From assembly GCF_032062105.1 (NCBI RefSeq), contig NW_026925447.1:1-64000 (forward strand): 64,000 bases of DNA, in the 5' to 3' direction. The DNA comes from Saccostrea cucullata (lineage: Eukaryota). The notes beneath the pieces are model-generated. The model was given only the letters and a program-made list of their open reading frames with translations. It searched no databases and was not told where the DNA came from. How positions within the stretch are numbered: the first letter of the stretch is position 1; each line of letters opens with the position of its first letter. Shown in pieces: positions 38,029 through 51,720 of this stretch. The position numbers were made by a program, and so were the translations under genes.

Positions 38029-38733
38029 CATATGGAGAAATGGTGTTCATTCTGCTCATTTGCATATTCGCCATATTGGAGCTATAATGGCGGCATATTC
38101 TATAAAGGATTATATAGAGAATTTACAAAAAATTGCCAATTTTTATATTCTAAATATTTCGGATAAAGTTCTCCCGTCGATCTTTTGTTTTTTCTTTATA
38201 TCCTCTACCGGAAATAACAATGATGTTGATGCCAAAGTGAAAGTTGCGACCGCCTTTTAATTTGAAATTAGAAGCGAGAGTACACTGTTTTAATGAAGAA
38301 AAGAGTACTAAATAAGTGTTTTTATCATTTTTGGTGATCAAATGTAAGTGTTTTTGCACGATGACAGAGTTCTTCCGCCGATTAAAAGGTGCAAACGAAG
38401 GTCTATTTTTAGAAAATATTGATGTTATAAAATTGTATAAAGAGTTACGACCGCCTTTTAAACTGAAAAACGGCAATTTTTGCATTCGCCTGACCTACTA
38501 ATTATTGAAAATACGGTATCATTAATTGCTAACTGAAGATAACGCTAAATTCTACCCATTTAGGTATGTTGAGTGCTTAAAGAAATTCAAATAAAAAAGT
38601 CTTGCATGTTTTTATATTAAAAAATTAAAGAAATGGTATAATTTGATTTTTTGCAGAATCTTATGAATATTAATGAGAAGTAAATCACGTGGGGGCAACC
38701 CCATGAATAAACTGCACGTCATTTCTCCATATG
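38029..38733. mobile_element. Non-autonomous TIR DNA element inserted in LINE ORF2
   Basis: TIR CATATGGAGAAATG / CATTTCTCCATATG; interrupts the APE frame; TSD ambiguous. Confidence 0.75.
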
Positions 38734-38742
38734 AGGAAGATA

Positions 38743-39581
38743 TACTGACACGCAAAAGAAACGCTACAAGCAGTAATTTACAAATGATTGATTTTGTTTA
38801 TCTCTTGATTTTCAAAAGTGAATTAGGTAAGTTACACTTATTTTTAGGAACATCAGAGATTTTATAAGAATGTTAAACATTTATCTATTAACTTTACTAA
38901 GCAAAATATGACTGTTAAAACACCCCCTCCCAGCCATTCAAGTAAAACGTGCAAGACTGCCCTAAACAACAATTGCAGTTTCTTTTCTACGATACAATAG
39001 AATCATTAATATCGAGATCTGAGCGAAGGAATTATTCTTTGGAATTTTTAAATGCCCATTTTTCAGATGATTGGGTCGAATTTCCTCTAACTTAGAGCAG
39101 TGTAGCCACCCTTGGACTTCCGGTACAAGGACTGTCCTTAATGCATCTGATACGTAAGACCCTGTTGAGGAAAAATTTAGTGAAATGTCGCATCAGCAAT
39201 TCTCCATCATCTTAACATTGAAATTTATCAACTAGAGCCACGGAAATGCGTACATAAGCCGTTTTCAAGTGGGCTAAGCATCGTTACGGGAAACGATGGA
39301 AGAGTTTATTTTTTGAAATATTGCTGCATTACTTATGATGAACAGTAAAAAACCACTAAAATTCCACAATATTGCCAAATGTTTTGTTAAACACGCAATT
39401 TTTGATTTCTGTTAAGCAGACTCAAACTTGACTTCCGGTTATGGTATGAATGTCGTTCAACCGTTAAATTACCGATGTTTACGAAATTGAAGATATTCAT
39501 GATTTTAAGATTCAAAATTCTTTACTTTACATAATTATTTCCCCCTAAAGTAGGATGTTGCCTTTCTTTTGCGTGTCAGTA
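38743..39581. mobile_element. Tc1/mariner-type MITE inserted in LINE ORF2
   Basis: TIR TACTGACACGCAAAAGAAA with flanking TA; LINE frame resumes after it. Confidence 0.8.
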
Positions 39582-41524
39582 TATAAGAAATGAAAGGGGA
39601 TATGATACATATTTTAACTCCTTCTCGTCTCAGTCCAGAGGTATAGCATTTTTTTTAAATAATAATTTTAAATATAAAGTTCACAACAATGTGAAAGATA
39701 ACTCAGATAATTTTTTAGCTCTTGATATTAGTCTTGGGATGTACGTACAAGTCTTATTGGCATTTATGGTCCAAATGACGATGATCCTGGGTTTTATAAT
39801 ATGGTTTCAGAATTAATAGATAATATGAACAATGATCATGTTATTCTAGTAGGGGACTTTAATTTAGTTATTAACCCAGATAAGGATTATCATAATTATC
39901 TTCATACCAATAATCCGAAAGCAAGAGAAAGGCTATTAGAAGTTATCTCTGACCAAAATTTGTCAGATGTATTCAGAGAAATTCACCCAGAAAAACAATG
40001 ATACACTTGGTGCAAGACTCATCCATTTAAACAAGCAATGTTAGATTTTTTTTCTGATATCAAACTCATTGTTCAATATGATAAAAGAGACTGACATTTT
40101 ATCAAGCTACAAGTCTGATCCTTCTCCTGTATATCTCAATCTAAAATTGAGTAATTTTATAAAAATGCATATAATTATCAATGAGAAATATCAAAAAAAT
40201 CATCGAATGTGTTAACTTTCAAAAATTTACTTGCAGGTAGTCAGGAGAACAATGTTATCGTTCACAGTTCGCAGTTCTTTGCGAGATACACCACGTACTC
40301 ACTTTTTGAAGGTTGATTCAATCCATGTAGAAATCTTTTGTTCAATTGTTAATTATTGTACTCAGGGTTTGAAATTCAAGATTTAAGAGCCTATTTGCAA
40401 GTATAAGTACTCACGAAGTAAAAATGCATATGTATATTAAGGAATCTTTTGAATGCCTAGCACAGATCAAATTTAATACAGACCTGAACGTAAACATAAG
40501 ACATTGTGATTTGCTTTAAAGGAACCTATTCATCTCTTTGTTTTGGTCTTTTTGCTATCGATTTCTTTTGATTTTTTCCCTTCAAATATATTTTTCTTTT
40601 ATTTCAAAATGTCGAAATCCTTTCTTAATATCAAATTTTAAAGAATAAATTTTAAGTAACCATATGTCAATTTTATCTTAAGCACAATAAGTGGTCATGG
40701 TCAAATACGAAAATTGGATGATTTTTTCCTGGTTCAGTTAGGACAACTGCAATCAATTTAAATTGGCATATTTTCATCTTTTGTACACATCAAATATGTA
40801 TGAGATATCCAATGAAACCCCATACGGGGAAAATCATTTTACATGCTGTTATTATGAGCTCAGTTTTTGTATCCTGCTTAGAATAGGACAGTCCGTTTGC
40901 AGTTTCAAAAAAAATCAAATGCTAAATTTTACACTTCCTGATGGATGTATCTTTGACTTGTTCTATGACGTTTAGTTCAATTAAAAATGAAAAATATCTT
41001 GAATAAAGAGCACAATGGGACAATACATTTTAATAAAAGGCGACATTCAAAGTATACATTTTCCCTTTTTTACCATTTACAATAAATTCTGCCAAAGGAA
41101 TATCCTGTTTCATGACCAATAATAGTCTAATGAGAGTTTTAAAAAATCAATATAGATTTACTTTCAAATTTTTGAAATGCTGTTGAACTGAAACCTGAAT
41201 TCCTCTATGCTGCAGTTTGTAAATACGTTTCCTAAAAAATATGAATATCAAGAATTTCAAAAATAGATAAAATTAGTTAATTAAAAAACTGTATTCTAAA
41301 ATGAACCTAAGAAGGCAATTTGTGTGCATTAACAAAATTATGTCAATTTATGATGTAGTTAAGATAACTTTTATCCCCACGCAAGCTTGTATTTTATACA
41401 TCAACGAAATTAACACACGCAGCTAGGTTTAGCTTGCCCATAGGAAATATACCTTAACATATTAAAAAATCAATATAATGTTGATATTATATTTCTTTAG
41501 CTTTAGTTTTAATTTAATGGGAAT

Positions 41525-42545
41525 AAAACTACGCGGGTATGTTAAGGAAGCATATAAATCATTTCTCAGGAAAATAAGACTTTTTAAAGAAAATTAAGTT
41601 TGATATTTTTCCCGAACCACTGATAAACGTAAACTATTATCAACTATTGCATAGAGATAAAAGAGTGTCTAACGCAAAGGCGTGCACCACCACCACTGCA
41701 TCACGTGACTTCTATTAATAGCGAAATGTTCCTTAATAAAATCGCTAACAGAACAACAATACCCCGGAGTTTAAAAAATTCTTTGAGTGAATAATAAACT
41801 TGGAAAATATCTATTTTGCATAAAAAGTGCTGCTAGAATACCATTGTCCTGTCAATAAAATAATTATTCCACATAATCGCACGAAACCTTACCCGACGTT
41901 TTGAATTTTATACATATGAACCGAGATTTTTCGTAAAACCATGCTAAACTCAGGATTCTAGCAGCACTTTCCAAGTATTTTAGAAGGCGAACTTTTGATC
42001 TGTTTAAATTTTATCTTTTGAAAAATCCAGCTTATTGTTATTCTGCTGCATTATTTCTGTCAGGAATGACAGAGGAAAGGCCGACCGGGATACGTTTATA
42101 GCTGACAGTCTTCAAAACAGAAAATAATCGATAAAAATAAATGAGCATACCTGTTTCAGTTCCTTAACTCCATATGAATTTCACATAATATTTGCGGTAA
42201 TTGCCTTTAAACCCCATTTTACGTATCTCTGTATATGCCATTCTTAGCCAAATTCTCCTTACACGACATGATCAATTTCCATGTTACTTGATGTACACAT
42301 ATGACGTCATCGATAGTAGATTTTAATCAAAATGACACATAAAGAATAACAGAATAAAAACATTTTATTTTTGTTAATGTTTAGACGTTTCTATTTATTT
42401 TCTAGAAGTAAATTATATTTCTAAATACCAACAGTACGAAAACTTTTGTTTTAAAATTGACGTCATCCCGCTTACTATGACGTCATAATGTAGCACTGAT
42501 TTAGTCAAGGTAGAATATTCTGTATGCTTCCTTATGAACCCTGCG
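41525..42545 (+). repeat. ~1-kb interspersed repeat, copy 1
   Basis: Diverged reverse complement at 50190-51212; partial direct copy at ~47955-48010 and 48700-49190. Confidence 0.85.
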
Positions 42546-42558
42546 TAATGCATTATTA

Positions 42559-43045
42559 GTTACACAGTCAGTAAGTGACCTAATACGGAATCATACAGGG
42601 TGTGAAATGGAAATCCGTATTGGGCGAGGCGAAGCCGAGTCCCAATACGGATTTCCATTTCACACCCTGTATGATTCCGTATTAGGTCACTAACTGACTG
42701 TGTAACGAATTTATCCCGCTGAAGACCTAACGTTAATTCTTAAATATTTTAAAAAAAATATATGTGCATATTATGAAAATATCACGTTTTAATCCAATAA
42801 CAATCAACATAAAATATCGTAACAAGAAATATAAGTAATCAAACTACCTACGATAACCGTTTCTTAGCCGCCATTTTTATTTACAATAACAACGCTTCGA
42901 ACGGAATCGCGTGCCCGATTTTCATATTACGCCTTGACGGAGACGTAATATGGAAATGGAGACGTAATACGGAAAATTTCAGGGCGTCATGTGATCAGCT
43001 TTTATCCAATCAGCAATCTACAAATTTGTCTGAAGCGGGATAAAT
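42559..43045. mobile_element. Long-palindrome non-autonomous element (Crypton-like architecture)
   Basis: Near-perfect hairpin 42559-42706 centred on CGAGGCGAAGCCGAG; second inverted pair ATTTATCCCGCT (42709-20) / AGCGGGATAAAT (43034-45). Confidence 0.7.
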
Positions 43046-43727
43046 GTATGTATGAGGTTTCAACCGAGTTCGGCCAAAGCGACTCCACGTACATCAACTG
43101 TTTGTAACGTGACATGTTTAAGATTAGAAAAAATATGTGCGGAGACAAAGATGGTAAAGGTTAAACAATATACAGATAATTTTGCATTATGAAATTGATA
43201 GTGTTTTCTTTGAGACAAATTTCTTAGCCCGAAAAGTGCTAGGAGCAACTCTTCCATGCCCGGGAATTACATAAAGAACTTCGGACGATAGTATTTTTCT
43301 CTAGCCTATCTCCAAGTCCATTTTCAAAATTAAACATATTCGATGAATTTTTAATATTTTTAAAGATAATTATATGGATTTTCATAAAACATTTTTTATT
43401 TGGGAAAACAAAGAGAGATTATTCTAAAAATTTTGGTGAAACTTGTGTTTTTCACTATAGAAATCAATGGAAAACGGAAAATATTTTTAAAACATCACCC
43501 CTCCCCTGTACATGTATCACAAAAATTCCCTTTACAGGTAATAGAATAGTAATTCACAAATTCATGTCAAAGCTTTTTGTGTGACACGGGGGGGGGGGGG
43601 GGGGCATGTTTATTGACAAAAAAACGACAAAAATGCTTATTTTCCATCGATTTCAATGCAATATACAATTGAAACATTATATTTTATTGAAATATTTTTA
43701 TTGTATTGATTTGCCTAAAACATAAGA

Positions 43728-43765
43728 TTGATTGATTGATTCATTGTATATTGTTTAACGTCCCT

Positions 43766-43799
<34 letters not shown>

Positions 43800-44080
43800 G
43801 TATGCCGGTGAAGGGCTTCAAATTTTGACCTTTACTCGGCACTCAGGACCTTTGAGCAGTGAGGGATCTTTATCGTGCCAGCGCCTGCCGTTGACACGGG
43901 GCCTCGGTTTTTAAGGTCTCATCCGAAGGACCCGCAACTTTCACTTCAAAGTGCCGAGCGCATGGCGAAAGAACAGTTGCTACCAATTTTAACGACTAGG
44001 TCGGTCGCGGCCGAGATGCGAACTCACGACCTCCCATTCACGAAGCGAGCGCTCTACCGACTGAGCTACCGTGAACGGTA
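43728..44080 (-). mobile_element. Full-length tRNA-headed V-domain SINE
   Basis: Minus strand: GGTAGCTCAGTCGGTAGAGCG A-box, GAGTTCGCATC B-box-like, V domain, (AATC)n tail. TSD AAAACATAAGA at 43717-27 and 44081-91. Confidence 0.92.
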
Positions 44081-44686
44081 AAAACATAAGAAATGATAAA
44101 CGGAACATTTAATTTATCCAAGACTATTTTAATATACGGTGATGCTTGAAACTCCAATTTCAATGGAAAATATCTTCTACCCCCCCCCCCCCCTATTTTC
44201 AAGAGCTGGATTTACGGATAATTTACTGTTTAGCACTGGTATTAGGACAATTTATCAATTACCATTGAACTGTTTTTTGTATTCAACAAAGATTTTATGG
44301 CAAAATTGCTATTCATATTGAATTAATTGGTTCCAAAATATAGGCGGGAATCGAGAGTTAGCGTGTGTATTTCTTTAGCCGACTTTTGATCAACTGTGTG
44401 CATTTGCACTATTCGCATTGAAGAAATGTAAAATTACGGAAAAAATCAACAGCGCACAACTTGCTCCCAGCACTTTTCAAAATAGTACAGTAGGTACAGT
44501 AGCTACATGTGTTTAAGATATTATAATTTATAATCAAGTGGATATCGTTGAAGTTTTGAGATTTTGGAGGGGTAGTACCTGTGATTGTAGTACATTCTTG
44601 TATAAAAAGAGCATGACTGCTGCTTTATAACAGACCTACTAGTTATCAATTAAAAAAGACTGTAAATTATTGATGAATGCATTCAA

Positions 44687-44750
44687 AACAAGCAAATTCA
44701 AAGAATTGTGGTCCCCCGCTTTCGGTGTCTTTGTGGGTGAAATGTTATTT
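44687..44750 (-). mobile_element. Isolated 3' terminus of the HINE family seen at 61660-62952
   Basis: Reverse complement of 62888-62950 with few mismatches. Confidence 0.7.
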
Positions 44751-47031
44751 TTATTTGAAAATTTGAAAATCGCAAATGAAAATGATGTCTTTATACAGCC
44801 CTCACGATAATAACGTTTTGACAAGTGCTTTACATGATGCATGGACAATGAAAAAATATTGAATTTACAACGCAGAACAATTATCCACAATTTATTAATG
44901 TGTGTGTGCATTTCTTACCCTCGTATCTTTTAATCAATTTCCTCATATAAAAAAATCAGATTGAACATTTTGTCCTTAATTTCTCAGTAGTAAAACAGTA
45001 ATCAAGATTAGCTGTATATATTTAACAACGAAGTTCATCGAAATACCTTCAAAGGCTATAAATTCACAGAATATACACATAATTATTTCAAGAATATTAT
45101 TACATAGTTAAATTCTCATTTAAGTAAACTGCAGATTTTTTCTTTATAATAATTTACAACCAAATTTTATGATTTTTAGTTTCAATAATATAATTTGTGA
45201 TATAGTTCCAACTTTATTTAGATATTGGTATTGAATGTATTTCCCCTAACAGAAAGATTTATTTTACAAAAGGATAAATGCAGGCTTCTAATTCTCAGAG
45301 ATTTTTTAAAACCCAAGCTTCCATATAAATAAATTAACAACATATAAGGTTGAGGCAAGAGCCTTTTGTTGTTCAACTTACAATGTATTACTTTTGCCTA
45401 ACATTAAATTAACTGTTACTGTTTAAAAATAATCCCAGGTAATTAATAGAGTTGACAATTTCCAAAATCTCATTATTATCCATAAAAAAAATTAAGGCTT
45501 CCTCCTTTCCCGAAGTATTGATTCTGGTTTTAGCGGTGTAACGCGTCATGTTAATTCTGTAGTTCTTCTGGTGATTAAGGGAAATTATATTTAATAAGAT
45601 ATCATCTATTTAATGACTCTTTTTTTATTTTCAATTATATGTACAATAATATTGTAAAATATGGTAAAATCATCATCACTTGATAAAAATTTTGTATTTT
45701 TACTAGTTTCAAATTAATCTGCAATCATTTGTCATTGAATGTTGAGGCCTTTTATAAGCATAACGGTAATGTGTGACCCAATCATATACGGGATGAAGAC
45801 AAGCTCTCACTATCCAATGATTTAGATAAATCTAGGTGTTCGATGCAACAAAACTTTAATAAATGTGATTCTGGATGATAGAAAAATAAAAAATAAAATA
45901 TATTTTTACTACATTAACTTTTTTAGCCTCAATGATACATGTACATGGTTATTATGAAAGGGCCAATCCCATTCTTGACTCCGGCCTAAAAACATTTTTG
46001 TTAAACCTCAACCACCAAAGTTTGAGGATCAGAATCCAAATTGACATTTGGCTAAGAATGATTTTCTTAATAAACCAGCTGGGTCGTGGCTATTTCAGCG
46101 AGACGACGCACCAAGTGGAATAACTCTAATAATCCTTGAGCTGGGTGAGAAAGACTCAAGTCAGCATTTCATTTAATGAAATTACTCGATTTCAATCAAT
46201 ACCAATTTCTTCTAAATCTGAGGACATTTCCTGACCCAAGCTTTTGACAGATGTTTGGAAGTATAGATGTTACTCAACCCGTATAAAATCCATCCAAGAC
46301 AGTCACAGCTTATCTTTCCACTCTTTATTAAACTAAACAAACCATTTTTAATGTTTATAATTTTAATGAAAGGAGTAAAATATGCCAAGGGGGAAGGTGA
46401 TATCCCTTTTTTGGGATAGTACAATATACATGTAAACTGTACATTCATATGAATTGGGGTGTTCAAAATTTAGCGAAATCAAGAAGCAGAGAGTTGTAAG
46501 CGTAATCATGAATTAGCGCTACACATGATCATGCCTTGTTTTTTTTTTTTTTCTTAGTATTTTGTTTCTCAGCTTCTTTTTCGCACCAAAGCAGGTACGA
46601 TATGAAGCCCGCTTTTTTAGTACGCATACAATATTTGAAGGATTGTTTTCTTCCATTTGTGACTGGGCTGTTTTCTTTATTTTTGTAGTTTTTTAAATCA
46701 AAAAAATGTTTGCCTTGCATAACACAACCCTGGCTTTCAGCCTTATTTAATTTTTGAAAAAAAGGAGTCAAACTATAACATTGATCCCCTCAAAGCGGGG
46801 AAACGCGGTTATCTTTCCGCACTTTAATATTTACATTCGTTATGTTTTTCTACTTAACCAACTATGAAATTGATTTGAAAACCATTTCTGTTGTATATTC
46901 ACGCGTAGAAATATACAAGGAGACGTCACAATAAGGCTGCAGCAACATTAATAAAATGTAACGATTTAGGGCAGCGAGAAATTCAAATATTTAGTATATT
47001 TTAGTTGCTTCCAAACATGAGAATTGTAAAT

Positions 47032-47210
47032 ATTTAAGGAATTATTATAAGTTTTGTTGGAATTATTGGTGTGAGAATCTTAAAGACTTGCACGTAGGCA
47101 TATTTTTCATGAAGCGCTATTGTGCTTCATGAAATATGCCCACGTGACAAGTCTGTGTGATTCACACACCAATTACTTACACAAAACTTAAAAACAATCC
47201 TTCATTAAAT
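47032..47210. repeat. Long imperfect palindrome
   Basis: Arms AAGTTTTGT..ATTGGTGTG..GACTTGCACGT.GGCATATTT around the centre ATGAAGCGCTATTGTGCTTCAT. Confidence 0.75.
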
Positions 47211-50189
47211 CAAACAACCCATTTGTAATATTTATATAATTATAATGAATGATTTCACAAAAAATACTAAACAAAATAATAAACATTACTACTTATGATA
47301 TAAAAGATTGTAGTCTGTAATTGAAATCATTCGTTTGAAAATTAAACAATTTGACAAAAACGCAAGTCTGCAAACTATCTCACCTGTATAAAATGCAACC
47401 AAGACAACCACGATTCAGCTTACCACTGAAATCGTGTCTGCCGACCTGCCTGTTTATTCTTATGTTTGACGTCGTTTATCATCACATTTGTTCTTAAAAA
47501 ATTGCCATAACTATTTTTAATTTTACTTTGAATTTTAATTAATATTATCTTGATCTTGAGTACCTTTTTTGAAATTTCTAATGCACTAAAACAAAAATTC
47601 CAATCTTTTGCCTAATCTTTTAAATAGCATTTGATGTAGTCAATTAATGCTTACATCTGACATCTGATCATTAAAGTTTTATTGATATAAAATTTAAAAT
47701 ATTCGTCATATTCGACAAGCCACTTATTAAAACAACACTGTCGTATTTTGGAAGACTGTCCCTTAAAACAAATATAAGATAGATGATTGGTTATGATTAT
47801 CATTATGTCATAAGGCATTTTTTAATTGACTGTTTCATGTCTTTGACTTTATTTTAAGCTCAAAACTTGATAAGTTAAACTTAGTTTATAATATTATTTT
47901 TATTTTCGACAAAAAGAATTGAATGCAAAATTTTAAATGTACATACATGGGACACACACGCAGAGTATGTTAAAGAAGCTATCAAATAATTTCTCTAGAA
48001 ACTTAACAAAATGTTCAAAATGATTTATCATTTTATTTAAACAAAGAAAAAAAGTAAACCTTTATGATAAAAAAAGGATAAATATAACGTTTTCTTTCAT
48101 TTTCGTACATGCACTCTTGTGTCATAAATATTGACCTTTACGCACTAAAACAGAGGTAAGTAAGTACTGACAAAAATATAAATATAAAACTTATTTAGGC
48201 CTCTTTCTTTGCTGAATTTTGTCTTATCGTTTTGCACCTATATATTAGCATACCATCGAAGTATTATTCCTGTGAATTATCAACCGAATGAAAAGAATTC
48301 TCATATCAACAATCTCAATAAATCAAATAAAACTGTTATCCATGATGTAGAAGTATTCTTTTTGTAAACTATGTATGTTTCTGATTATCAAGAATGTTAT
48401 GCCTTTACACTGTTTCACGGTAACTTCGATACTGCTCTTCTGCAGGGCAAAATGATATAGTTTGGTAAAATATGACGTAAAAGTAATTGTTTAATTTACG
48501 TCATTTAATTATATTTCAACAAAAACTTTGCCAAACGTTGTTATTTTCCCTGCAAAATTTTAGTTCATGTACCACAGTTATTATATGCATGAAGGGGCAG
48601 TGCAAAAATCACAGGTAAAACAAACGTTGATATTGTAACGTCACAAAACGCCGCTTTGACGTAGAACGACATAGGTCCCCCTTAAAGGAACGTTTTCCTC
48701 GGGATTCTAGCAGCATCTTCCAAGTATTTTAGTAGGCAAGATTTCCGTCTGTTCAAATCTGATCTTTAGAAATATCCAGATTACTTTTTTCTACGGCATT
48801 TTTTATGTCACGAATGACAGAAGAAAGATCGACCGGGATGCAAAAAAATATATAACAGACGGTCTTCGAGAGAAAAAAAAAATCGATGAAATAAATGAAC
48901 ACACATTGTACCTGTTTTATAAAATTTAACTCCGTATGAATAAAAGAAAATACTAATATTCACAATATTTGCTCCTAAACCCTCTTTCATCTGTCATTGC
49001 AATTGCCGTGTTAGCCAAATTCTCTTTACAACACATAATAAATTCCAAAGTTGTCTGCTGTCGTCATCGTTCGTCGATTTTTATCCAAATGAGAGATACA
49101 GAATAACAAAATAAAAAGATTTTTTTTGTTTACATTTACATGTTTCTTTTCATTTGTCATGAGTTATATTTAAATTTATAACAATATCAATTAAAATTTT
49201 CATAAAAAACTTGATTCCGATTGAATATTTTTTTTTTGATAACTACTGCATCAATAAAATCTAGAGTTCGCTTGCACTAAGCGGCCGTAGCTATCTTTGC
49301 TGTCTTTCCAGCTTACAGACTACTTTTTGAATGAATAATTAAATAGTTCTACATTAATAGATATTTTCCTGAAACAAGCTGTCTGTTACGTTCCTACATA
49401 TTTTTACTTTCGTTTCTAGGAAATGCCGTTACTGTGTTAATTCCTAAGTAACAATTTATCGAGAAAAACGACACCACCTGAATGAGGACGAAATTCTTTT
49501 ATAAATTGAAGAAGTCGGCAACAGACTCTTTCAGATTTTACAGCATTTGCAGTTTGTGATACGTATTTTTATGTAAGGTTTGAAATTCAGATAAAAAGGA
49601 GCGCAAATGAAATCCAAAATATCTGTGACCTATAACTGTTAGGATATTTGAGTAACTTCCCTTACCATTTACGAGCTTTCCGGAAAAAAATATACCCATT
49701 TGGATATAGCAAAATATGATAACACAACAGGTAGATTTTTTTTGTAAAAACAAACTGTTAATTATTCTTTGAGAATGTTGGTTATGACACCACAAAATCC
49801 GACACAAAAAATATTTGATAACTTTTTGTTTCTAGGTCTTTATTGACTTTCTGCATACCTACTACTTTGTTGATGAAGCTACAATTTTGAAAATCTCGCT
49901 CATATTCAGCATTTCACAAATTTTATGTTAGTTAAGGTCAAGATCTAGTAAATGAAGGGTGCCTTCAGATTTATCAAATTCAAGAAATGAATTCCTTTAA
50001 TGATGCTTTTTAACTTTAGCTTGGTCAAAAAAGGTGTTTCGGGGCATACTTTGTACGAAAATAAGATAAAAAAACAACATATTTTAAACTGCCATTTACA
50101 ATAAAAAATTAAGAAAATTAGTTTTTTTCCATATCACACAAACAAAATGTATCCAGATTGCCTACAATCTTTCAGAAAATGGTAATTTT

Positions 50190-51212
50190 TATACAGGGGG
50201 AATAAGGAAGCATACAAAATTTTCTACCATGGCTAAATCATTGCTGCATTATGACGTCATAGTCGGCAAGATGACGTCAATTTTAGAAATAAATTTTTCG
50301 TAATATTGGTATTTAGCTATGTAATTTAACTCTAGATAATGATTAGAAACGTGTAAACATTAACAAAAATAAAATGCGTTTATCTTGTTATGCTGTAGCA
50401 GTCATTATGATTGAAATCTATTGTCGATGACGTCATATGTGTACATCAAGTCACTTGGAAATTGATTATGTCGTGTAAAGAGAATTTGGCTAAAAAGGCA
50501 TGTTCAAAGATACGTTAAATGGAGTTTAAAAGGAAATATCAGAAATACTGTGTTAAATTCATATGGAGTTTAATTAATTTGACAGGTATGCTTATTTATT
50601 TTCATCGATTATATTCTCTTTCGACGACAGTCAGCTATATTACGTATCCGGGTCGGCCTATCGTCTGTCATTCTTGACCAAAAAATGCAACAGAACAACA
50701 ATAAGCTGGATATTTCAAAACATACGATTTGTAAATATTGAAAGTTTGCGCTAAAACAAACTTGGAAAGTGCTGCTAGAATCCCGAGTTAAGCATGGTTG
50801 TACGAAAAATCTCGATTCATATGTATAAAATTCAAAACAAAGGGTAAGGTTTCGTGCGAATGTGTGGAATAAATATTTTACAGACAAGATATTTGGATTC
50901 TAGCAGCACTTTTTAGATAAAATAGATGTTTTTCAGTTATATTACATGCTCAAAAAAATTATCAAACTCCGGGGTATTGTTGTTCTGTAAGCCCTTTTAT
51001 CAAGGAAAATTTTGCTATTAATAGAAGTCACGTGATACCATGGCGGTGATACACGTCTTTGCCGTAGACACGCTGTTATCTGTATGCAATAGTAAATAAC
51101 AGTTTAATTACGTTTATCAGTGGTTTTGGTAATTTATTAAACTAAATTTTCTTCAAAAAGTCTAAATTTCCCGAGAAATTACTCATATACTTCCTTAACA
51201 TACCTGCGTATG
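50190..51212 (-). repeat. ~1-kb interspersed repeat, inverted copy
   Basis: For example GATGACGTCATATGTGTACATCAAG and CTTGGAAAGTGCTGCTAGAATCC are reverse complements of segments in 41525-42545. Confidence 0.85.
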
Positions 51213-51720
51213 TTCTTGGTCTCTTCTTTTAAATAATGTAAAATTAAATATAGGTATCCCGACTACTTTTGAGGTGATTTCAAATTGAAATCCATGAGAA
51301 TATTTTATTTTCTACATAATTCTATTAGAGCCGTAAAGTACGGGAAAAAGAAAGTTGAAAGTGATTATGACGTCATAATGGATCTAGCACCAAAACGTTA
51401 GTCTAAGGACATTTACTATAGATCTTGACCTTAAGATGACCAACATATTGTTTACAAGTACACTGCACCCTATCGTCTCCTTTTAACTAACATTTCCAGA
51501 AAAATTTCAAAGCAATATTTGAGAATGTGGAATTGTTTTTGTACCTGAACAGTACATACATGTAGTGGCCATGGTGTTATCGGTAAGCAGACAATGTATA
51601 CCCCTGGAAAGCACCAAAGGGGGTGTCAACCAATCGAGAGGGTGGTCACAGAAATTATACCTTACCAGACTCCTCAGTTAATTCTTAGTAACTGTTGATT
51701 TTATTGGTTATATGGAGTAA

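Larger units (their letters stand above)
36718..40160 (+). mobile_element. Tx1/L1-type LINE: 5' UTR, internally deleted ORF1, 3'-truncated ORF2, interrupted by two DNA elements
   Basis: ORF2 starts at 37889 (MSELKIISANCQGL..CLQDTH) and resumes at ~39584 (IRNE.G..FNSFSSQSRG..IYGPN..GDFN..DVFRE). 5' boundary approximate. Confidence 0.85.

Noticed and set aside
37889-38260. 123-aa ORF as an intact gene
   Set aside because: Only the first ~46 aa are LINE endonuclease; the rest reads into an inserted MITE.
41525-51212. One 9.7-kb transposon with 1-kb TIRs (Polinton-like)
   Set aside because: The arms are clearly diverged, a third direct copy lies inside, and no TSD or coding content was found.
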